The position numbers were made by a program, and so were the translations under genes. The notes beneath the pieces were generated by a model. It made no database searches, was not told the DNA's origin, and saw nothing but the letters and a program-made list of their open reading frames with translations. A stretch of DNA of 24,189 nucleotides, from positions 1 to 24,189 of IMG/VR virus record IMGVR_UViG_3300006917_000151, one strand, 5' to 3'. Position 1 is the stretch's first letter; the number at the start of each line of letters is the position of its first letter. Source of the DNA: a virus (taxonomy: Duplodnaviria; Caudoviricetes). This document shows, piece by piece, positions 17,531 to 24,189 of the stretch.

Positions 17531-20500
17531 ATGGGGAATCCCATTGAGCGGGAATTGGAGCAGATTCGTCGCGAACAGCAGCGCAACGTGAATGCACCGC
17601 TTTCGCCGGTTTTGCCGATTGCTCCGCTTCCGCCGACGCAAGATCCGGATGAATTACTAGCTCGCTTGCGGGCGGCCAACCAGCTTGGCCGTTCGCTTCC
17701 GCAGCAAAACATGCGTGAGGCCGGACGGCTTGCGGAACGCCTTGGGCTTCCTGCGGAAGTTGTTGCCTCAGATCTTGATGCCGTGCGTTCGCGGGATTTT
17801 GATCGCATTGCAGAGCAGGTTGCCCGCGAAGCTCCAGTAACGGCTCGCTGGGGTGCTGAGCCTGCAACGGCAGCAATGGTTGGTGATAACGGCTGGAACC
17901 TTTTGACGCGAGTTGAGCGCATCTTCGGAGCGAGCATCGGCAGTGCGTTGCTGCAGGCTCGGCAGCCGGGGTTGGTGCAACCGTCGTATCGCCCCGTGGA
18001 GCCGGAAGCGCCACTGACGCCAGCGCAAAGGCGCGGCGCAATAGTTACCGAGTTTCAACGATCAAAGGCGCAGTTCGACCTTGGCCTGTATCAGGCACTG
18101 CAGACACCCGGCAGCCGCCAATTGCCAGCTGTACAAAAGGAATTGAATCGTCTACGGGGCCAAGTCAAATCTTTTGACCTGCCCGAGGTAGGTGGTGGAG
18201 TCGGCGGCGTAGCAGAAGAGATTGCTCGTTCATCTTCTAATATTGTCGCCTCGATCTCCGAATACGTCGAAGGCGCAATTCTGGGCGCTACCGGAGCTGC
18301 AGCAGGTGCTATCGCTGTCGCGATCGGAACTGGCGGAACTGCCCTGCCTGCTGCCGGTGGGATTCTAACCGCTGGTGCCGCCGTCGGCGGGACTGCCCGG
18401 CTGTATCAGTTCTCGTCCGGCCTTGCCATCGAACGGTATCTCGAGGCGGGCATTGATCCGGCGACTGCTGACGTCCTTGGGCGGTCGACTGGCGTCGCAA
18501 TTACCGCGCTTGAGAACCTCGGGCTCACTCGACTGGCAAAGTCGGTCGGGCTCAACACGTCGGCACTGACGTCTCGGGTGACACAGCGCGTGCTGCAGGA
18601 TATGACGACCCGCAAAGCACTGGCTCGCGGGGCGAGAGAGTTTGTCGGTGTGGCCGCGTACGAGACCGGCATTGAGGTTGCGCAGCAGGCCGCCGAGCTA
18701 GGCGGTGAGCAGGTCGGCCGGATGATGTCCAACCTGCCCAGCATCAGCGGCGAGCAGATTGTTGACGAGCTGCTGACTACGGCGTATACCACGGCACTGG
18801 GCATGGGTGTCGTGGGCCTGCCGGGTGCGGCTGTGACGACCGTGACCGAGCTCGATCGCGTCGAGCGGGCAAAACAGGCGCAGACATTCCTCGCCGCGCT
18901 CGGGTCGTCGGCGGAGGCCGTCGAGCTGCGCACGCAGGTGCCGGAGCAGTTTCAGGAACTGCTGCAGCGTCAGGTGTCCGAGTATGGCCCGGTGCAGGAC
19001 ATCGGGATCCCGGTCGACCGGTTTATTGCGTACTGGCAGGAGCGGAATGTTGACCCGCGTGTGGTAGCGCAGGAGATCCTTGGCGATACGACGGCGTACG
19101 ATCAGGCCGTTGAGCAGGGGACGGCAGACGTGGTCATCCCGCTGGCCAACTTTGTGGCTAAGGTCGCTGGTACCGAGCACTACGCTGGGCTGCTGCCGGA
19201 CGTTCGCCTGCGGCCGGATGACCTGACTGGCCGTGAGGCGGAGGCGCAGGAGTCCAAGCTGCGGGAAGACATCGAGGCCATGCGTGCCGAGGTGGAGCAG
19301 GTGGCGCAGGCGGAAACGCTCGAGGGCGAGGCCGCTCGGGTGCTGGACGATGTGACGGCCAAGATCACGGCAACGGGGGTCTACACGGCCGATCAGGTCG
19401 CGACCATGGCCCGGTCTATTGCTGCGCCGTACATCGTGATGGCCAAGCGCAGCGGCCAGAGCCCGTGGCAGCTGTACTCAAGCCGTAACATCAACGTCCT
19501 CGAGCCGGTCCGCGCCGAAAAGCTGTACGACGCGATTGTGGAGATGGAAGAGGCGATGAAGGTCGACCCGTCGTCGCCGGAGTCGTTGGCCGCGATCGAG
19601 CGGGTGAACGTGCTGCGCGGCGAGCTGGAGGAGCTGCCGGGCGGCCGTGAAGTGGCGGCTCGGGCATTGACGCCGATGGTCATGCCTGCCAGCGCGGTTG
19701 AGGTCGGTCAGCGCGTGGTGCTCCCGGACGGTCGGTCAGCGGTTGTTGTGGGACAGGAGGCTGGCCAGACCAACGTGCGGATCGCTGGCCAGCGTGGCGA
19801 GGTGACGCCGATTGACGGGGCGCGAGAGGTGCAGGTGCCGGGTGCGGTACTGCGACAGGAACAAACGCCAACGCCAGCGCTCGAGCAGACGACTAATCTG
19901 CGAGCGGCGTTTGAGGTAGCGCGTGCCAGTACTTTTGCTCGCAATCGCGACTTTAAGCAGGTGCTGCAGGACCGTGCCTTGGAAGCGGCCGCACGAGACG
20001 GGATTGATCTGTCGACGATGGATGCGGCAGCGCTCGATTATCTGGTGCGGGTTGGTATTGCAGATGCCAACTATGCGATCGAGGCCAATCCAAACGCTAT
20101 CGGTTGGTACGAGCGCAAGGTCAAGGCCGCGCTGTCGATTATGTCGGAGGTATTTCCGGAAATTGCCACCGACGAGGATGCACGGTTTGCTTTTATTTTT
20201 GCGCTAGCCACCACGTCCAACGGTCTCAAGGTTGACCTAAACCTGAAGCTGGCCAGCGAGGTATACGGGCAGTATCGGCAGACAGGCCAGATGCCGACAA
20301 ATGTGCAAGCGGGAAACGCGCAGGAAGCAATTAACGGTTCGCTAGAGACGTTTAACGAACTGGCTCAGGTATATGGGCTTGATTTGTTCCGTCGTATGAT
20401 GCTCACGCAATTCCCGGTGGGCACATTAAAGGCGATGGGATTTAGCATCACGGGCGAGCACGTCGATGTAATTGTGCGCGGCGCTGCCATTATTGGTCCT

Positions 20501-23500
20501 AAAATTGGCAACGGGTTTTTCTCGAATCTGTATGGGTTTTTCGATGCGCTGACGATGGATCGCTGGCTTACCCGGACGTGGGGTCGCTGGAGTGGCACCC
20601 TACTTGAGGTCGATCCGGAGGACGTCGCCAAGAAAAGCACGGAATTGCGCGAGTTGATTGACGAGTTGCGGAAGAGTCCGGCAAAGCTGACCAAGTTGCA
20701 GGACATCTTGAAGCTGACATTGGACGAAGATCCGGCCGTTATCGCGGAAAAAATCGACAAGGTGTCGATGAAGAAGGAGCCGCGAGAGGCCCTAAACGCG
20801 CTCAATATTGGCAAGCGCAACATTGGCTATCAGATTCGAACAAAGGGCCGGGCACTGAAGGGGGCCATTGACGGGCAGAAGGAAGCCCCAGCTAATGCGC
20901 AGGAGCGAAAGTTGATTCGCTCTGTGTTTAGCCGTATATTGCAGGACGTCCAGACGCGGGTGCCAGAGATGACCATGGCCGATTTACAGGCTGTGCTCTG
21001 GTATCCCGAAAAGCGGCTGTATGACTCGGCGGTGCTTGAGGCAGATCAGGCCGAGACAGAATATGCGGACGACGAAGCGCCAGACTATGCTAACGCTGCG
21101 GCCAAGTTGGCGCGTAGCCAAGGCATTTCAGAGGAGACAATTCAGAATGCTATCCGAAGATCCGAGGCCGATGGACGCGCAGCAGATGCACAACGCGGCG
21201 ATGGTGGTGCCGAAGCCGTCACCAGAACAGGTGCAGATGATGTCGGACTATCTGGACAAGATCGGTCCAACTTCATCGTTGGATCTATCCTCCGTGACCT
21301 ACGATCCAATCGCGGCCGCGATGGCAAGGCACCCGATGCTTACACGCGAAAAGGCGGAAGAGACGGCCAAAGCGTTCGGATTCTAGATGGCGATGTCCCG
21401 GTCCTTGGAGAATATCGCCCATGGATCGTGTTCAAGAATCGCATTGCAGCCGCTGGCAACAGAGCTCCAGCTTTCTATGAGCTAGCCACTGGCGATGCTA
21501 CGGCTGCCGAGGCGTTTGTAAAAGGCATTACGGCCTCGAAAAACGCAACGCCATTTGGGGCTGCTGTCTATATCTATTCCGCTGAAGAGTACGCGACGAT
21601 GCGCCTCTTTTTGTCGGAGGACGGCACCGTTGGGTTTGCTCTGAAGCCCGATGGCGATATCGTTTCGGTGTTTTCACGGGGCGGTGGCGCTCGTGGTGCA
21701 ATTGAGCTAGCGCTCCAGCTTGGCGGTAAAAAGCTCGACGCGTTTGATACGATCCTTCCCGAATACTACGCCGCACACGGCTTGCGCGAGGTTGCCCGCC
21801 TGCCGTGGGATGATGCACAAGCGCCGGAAGGGTGGGATGCGGCAACGTTTGCCGAATACAACAACGGACGCCCGGACGTTGTGTTCATGGTATTTGATCC
21901 GCAGCTTCTTGCGGAGCAGGCTCCGTATGTTGCAAACTATGAAGCAGCCGTAAAGGCGCAGGCTGATGCGGTGGCAGTGGCTTCGCAGCGGCAGGCGAGG
22001 CAAGCTATCACGCGCATTCTCGAGCAGGCCGCTACCCCCGAGGGGGCTGACGCGTCACTCGAGCAGCTCATCAAGGCCGCGTTCCGTGCTCCGGCACCGT
22101 TCACGGAGCTGCCTCCGACGATCGAGGTCGATGGCGTTCAGCGGCCGACGACCAACAGCCAAGGTCAGCAAATCACCCCGAACGCCACGACGATGCGGGC
22201 ATTCTGGCGGTGGTTCGGCGATTCCAAGGTGGTTGACGAACAGGGCCGTCCGATCGTGCAGTATCACGGCACGGCGGCTGAGGTCGATTTTGATACCTTC
22301 CGGCTCAACCCCGTCGAGATGGGTGTGCACGTCGGGACACAGAAGTCGGCCAGCGATCGCGTCTTGGCGTTGACGGGCGGCATTCCAAGCGGCGAAGGCG
22401 TTGGGCCGCGCATTATCACGCTGTACGCCAAGGCCGAGAACCCGCTGCGCCTCGAGGATCTTGGTGGGTTTGCACCACGAGTCACGGTGCTCAGTCAGCT
22501 AGTCGATATTGGGTTAGTCACGGAACAGAAGGCTTACGAGGCGCTGTACAAGGAAGGTGGTCAATTTACTGATCGGCAGGTATACGAAAATACCATGCAG
22601 CTTGTACGCGAGCTGGGGTATGACTCGATTGTTTATGTCAACCGATATGAAGGCATTTCGAAAGAAGACGAGGGCAAGGGTGGCCAAGAGGCACTCCGGC
22701 GTAAGTCAGACGCCGAGTGGCTTGCTCGATTCCCGTCATCGCCAGACTCGTACATTGTTTTTTCTGAGCAGCAGGTAAAGTCGCCTGCCAACGTCGGAAC
22801 GTTTAGTAAGCGACTGAAGAGCACCATGCGGCAGGAGGGTCGCTCCCGTCCAAACGCGTTCATCATTCCGGGCGTTGGCCGGACGACGATCGCCCTGATG
22901 AACACGGCGAACCTGTCGTCACTGATGCACGAGTTTGCGCACGACTATCTCAACCTGCTGTTCGATGTGGCGGAGACGCCAGAGGCGACGGAGCAGATCA
23001 AGGCAGACGCCGCGCTGGTCCTCAAGGAGTTCGGGGTGACCGACCGGTCGCAGCTGACGGTCGAGCATCAGGAGCGCTGGGCGCGGATGTTCGAGTCGTA
23101 CCTCGAGGAAGGGAAGGCTCCGACCCGTGGGCTCGAGCGTGCGTTCTCGCGGTTCAAGGCGTGGCTGTCAGCGATCTACCGCACGGCCCGCAGCGTGCTC
23201 ATCCCGGTGTCGCCTGAGGTGCGCGGGGTATTTGACCGCATGCTGGCGACGGACGAGGAGATCGCGGACGCACTCCGGCAGAACGAGAGCCAGCCGCTGT
23301 TCCTGACGGCCGAAGAGGCCAACATGACGGACGCTGAGTTCGCCTCGTACCAGCAGGCGGTCGCCGACCGCAACGAGCTGGCCGGTGCGGCACTGCTCAA
23401 GCAGCTGTTGCTGGAGCGCAACAAGGAGCGGCGGCAGGTGTGGAAGGACCGGCAGGATGAGCTGACGGCGGCGGTGACCGAGCAGGTCAAGATGGAGCCG

Positions 23501-24189
23501 GTTCAGCAGGTGGTGTATTTCCTCAAGACTGGCAAGTTGATCAGCGGCGAGGCGCTGCCGGAGGGCGTGGCTCCGCTCAAGCTGTCGAAGGCGCTGCTGG
23601 TGGCCCGGTATGGCGAAGAGATCGTGCGGTCGCTGCCGCGTGGCGTATACAGCGTGGAGGGCGGCGTCGACCCTGACGTGGTCGCTCTGTCGTTCGGGTT
23701 TTCTTCGGGCGACGCGATGATTACGCAGATGCAGGCCTATGAGCCGACGGATGCCCGGATCAAGCGGATCGTCAAGGAGACGATGGCCCGCGAGTTCCCG
23801 GACCTGCTCGGGGATTCCCCGGCGCTGGCCGACGCTGCGCAGCAGGCGGTGCATCGGTCGCCGACGGACCAGCTGCTGTATGCCGAGCTGGTGAAGCTGG
23901 GCCGGTCGGATGCCATGATCCCCTCGGTCAACCTGCGGGCGGTGCGCATGGCGGCAAAGGAGATTGTCGCCAAGATGCGGCTGCGGGATATCTCGCCGGA
24001 GCGGTTCCGGCTGGCCGAGGCTAAGGCGGGACGGCTGGCGTATGCGGCAATGCGAAAGGGGGATGTGGTGCAGGCTGCCTTCCACAAGCGGCAGCAGCTG
24101 CTCAATCACATCCTGTACCGCGAGGCGACAGACGCGATCGACCTCTCGGCGGCAGCGCTCAAGTTCTTTGGCAAGATGAGCAAGACCGC
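17531..24189 (+). CDS. Giant polyvalent internal virion/ejection protein (at least 2219 aa, 3'-truncated); not in ORF track
   Basis: ATG 17531 (MGNPIERELEQIRR...) and no stop found in this frame to the window end, which explains its absence from the track. Contains a Gly/Ala hydrophobic stretch plus HhH-GPD-like, GNAT-like, ART-like and HExxH motifs. Confidence 0.9.
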   Translation, partial: MGNPIERELEQIRREQQRNVNAPLSPVLPIAPLPPTQDPDELLARLRAANQLGRSLPQQNMREAGRLAERLGLPAEVVASDLDAVRSRDFDRIAEQVAREAPVTARWGAEPATAAMVGDNGWNLLTRVERIFGASIGSALLQARQPGLVQPSYRPVEPEAPLTPAQRRGAIVTEFQRSKAQFDLGLYQALQTPGSRQLPAVQKELNRLRGQVKSFDLPEVGGGVGGVAEEIARSSSNIVASISEYVEGAILGATGAAAGAIAVAIGTGGTALPAAGGILTAGAAVGGTARLYQFSSGLAIERYLEAGIDPATADVLGRSTGVAITALENLGLTRLAKSVGLNTSALTSRVTQRVLQDMTTRKALARGAREFVGVAAYETGIEVAQQAAELGGEQVGRMMSNLPSISGEQIVDELLTTAYTTALGMGVVGLPGAAVTTVTELDRVERAKQAQTFLAALGSSAEAVELRTQVPEQFQELLQRQVSEYGPVQDIGIPVDRFIAYWQERNVDPRVVAQEILGDTTAYDQAVEQGTADVVIPLANFVAKVAGTEHYAGLLPDVRLRPDDLTGREAEAQESKLREDIEAMRAEVEQVAQAETLEGEAARVLDDVTAKITATGVYTADQVATMARSIAAPYIVMAKRSGQSPWQLYSSRNINVLEPVRAEKLYDAIVEMEEAMKVDPSSPESLAAIERVNVLRGELEELPGGREVAARALTPMVMPASAVEVGQRVVLPDGRSAVVVGQEAGQTNVRIAGQRGEVTPIDGAREVQVPGAVLRQEQTPTPALEQTTNLRAAFEVARASTFARNRDFKQVLQDRALEAAARDGIDLSTMDAAALDYLVRVGIADANYAIEANPNAIGWYERKVKAALSIMSEVFPEIATDEDARFAFIFALATTSNGLKVDLNLKLASEVYGQYRQTGQMPTNVQAGNAQEAINGSLETFNELAQVYGLDLFRRMMLTQFPVGTLKAMGFSITGEHVDVIVRGAAIIGPKIGNGFFSNLYGFFDALTMDRWLTRTWGRWSGTLLEVDPEDVAKKSTELRELIDELRKSPAKLTKLQDILKLTLDEDPAVIAEKIDKVSMKKEPREALNALNIGKRNIGYQIRTKGRALKGAIDGQKEAPANAQERKLIRSVFSRILQDVQTRVPEMTMADLQAVLWYPEKRLYDSAVLEADQAETEYADDEAPDYANAAAKLARSQGISEETIQNAIRRSEADGRAADAQRGDGGAEAVTRTGADDVGLSGQDRSNFIVGSILRDLRSNRGRDGKAPDAYTRKGGRDGQSVRILDGDVPVLGEYRPWIVFKNRIAAAGNRAPAFYELATGDATAAEAFVKGITASKNATPFGAAVYIYSAEEYATMRLFLSEDGTVGFALKPDGDIVSVFSRGGGARGAIELALQLGGKKLDAFDTILPEYYAAHGLREVARLPWDDAQAPEGWDAATFAEYNNGRPDVVFMVFDPQLLAEQAPYVANYEAAVKAQADAVAVASQRQARQAITRILEQAATPEGADASLEQLIKAAFRAPAPFTELPPTIEVDGVQRPTTNSQGQQITPNATTMRAFWRWFGDSKVVDEQGRPIVQYHGTAAEVDFDTFRLNPVEMGVHVGTQKSASDRVLALTGGIPSGEGVGPRIITLYAKAENPLRLEDLGGFAPRVTVLSQLVDIGLVTEQKAYEALYKEGGQFTDRQVYENTMQLVRELGYDSIVYVNRYEGISKEDEGKGGQEALRRKSDAEWLARFPSSPDSYIVFSEQQVKSPANVGTFSKRLKSTMRQEGRSRPNAFIIPGVGRTTIALMNTANLSSLMHEFAHDYLNLLFDVAETPEATEQIKADAALVLKEFGVTDRSQLTVEHQERWARMFESYLEEGKAPTRGLERAFSRFKAWLSAIYRTARSVLIPVSPEVRGVFDRMLATDEEIADALRQNESQPLFLTAEEANMTDAEFASYQQAVADRNELAGAALLKQLLLERNKERRQVWKDRQDELTAAVTEQVKMEPVQQVVYFLKTGKLISGEALPEGVAPLKLSKALLVARYGEEIVRSLPRGVYSVEGGVDPDVVALSFGFSSGDAMITQMQAYEPTDARIKRIVKETMAREFPDLLGDSPALADAAQQAVHRSPTDQLLYAELVKLGRSDAMIPSVNLRAVRMAAKEIVAKMRLRDISPERFRLAEAKAGRLAYAAMRKGDVVQAAFHKRQQLLNHILYREATDAIDLSAAALKFFGKMSKT
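20000..21025 (+). other. HhH-GPD/glycosylase-like domain within the polyvalent protein
   Basis: NAIGWY...ALATTSNG...IIGPKIGNGFFSNLYG...LTMDRWLTRTWGR...DLQAVLWYPEK. Boundaries approximate. Confidence 0.5.
21147..21386 (+). CDS. Putative overprinted small gene (79 aa) nested in the +1 frame of the polyvalent gene
   Basis: GAGGAG at 21131-21136, ATG 21147 (alternative ATG 21171 preceded by GAGG), TAG ending 21386. Product ends DPIAAAMARHPMLTREKAEETAKAFGF. The main frame here reads as an R/G/D-rich disordered linker. Confidence 0.6.
   Translation: MLSEDPRPMDAQQMHNAAMVVPKPSPEQVQMMSDYLDKIGPTSSLDLSSVTYDPIAAAMARHPMLTREKAEETAKAFGF
21470..21900 (+). other. GNAT-like acetyltransferase domain within the polyvalent protein
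   Basis: MRLFLSEDGTVGFALKPDGDIVSVFSRGGGARGAIELALQLGGKKLDAFDTILPEYYAAHGLREV. The Gly-rich loop and 'YxxxGL' pattern fit GNAT motifs A and B. Boundaries approximate. Confidence 0.65.
22202..22806 (+). other. ADP-ribosyltransferase-like domain (ART-PolyVal type)
   Basis: FWRWFGDSKVVDEQGRPIVQYHGT...GVHVGT...LYAKAENPL...GYDSIVY...YIVFSEQQVKS...GTFS. Confidence 0.8.
22860..23260 (+). other. Zincin-like metallopeptidase domain (HExxH)
   Basis: ANLSSLMHEFAHDYL (HEFAH at 22928-22942), followed by HQERWARMFESYLEEGKAP...FKAWL. Boundaries approximate. Confidence 0.7.

Noticed and set aside
17531-24189. Short track ORFs on both strands suggesting a gene-poor or pseudogenised region
   Set aside because: They are shadows of one long ORF omitted because its stop lies outside the window. 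Only 21147-21386 has independent support.

Overview
Virion morphogenesis operon of a GC-rich, podovirus-like tailed phage or prophage, with BPP-1/APSE-like gene order and all credible genes on the + strand. In order: 5'-truncated portal, small head genes, scaffold, major capsid protein, cement protein, three small proteins, and tail adaptor (tubular A). An ~7.4 kb cassette follows: a collagen-like fibre with a C-terminal S74 chaperone, a putative tip adhesin, three accessory genes and a GT4-type glycosyltransferase. After it come the tail nozzle (tubular B) with two CBM5/12-like inserts, two internal virion proteins, and a giant 3'-truncated ORF (17531 to >24189, at least 2219 aa) missing from the supplied ORF track. 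By motif reading, that ORF is a polyvalent ejection protein with HhH-GPD-like, GNAT-like, ADP-ribosyltransferase-like and HExxH metallopeptidase-like domains. Best leads: (1) a possible virion self-glycosylation system, pairing a charge-free, Ser/Thr-rich collagen with a translationally coupled glycosyltransferase; (2) a small gene with its own RBS overprinted in the +1 frame inside the polyvalent gene, possibly an inhibitor or antitoxin. All family assignments come from motif recognition by eye; no searches were run.
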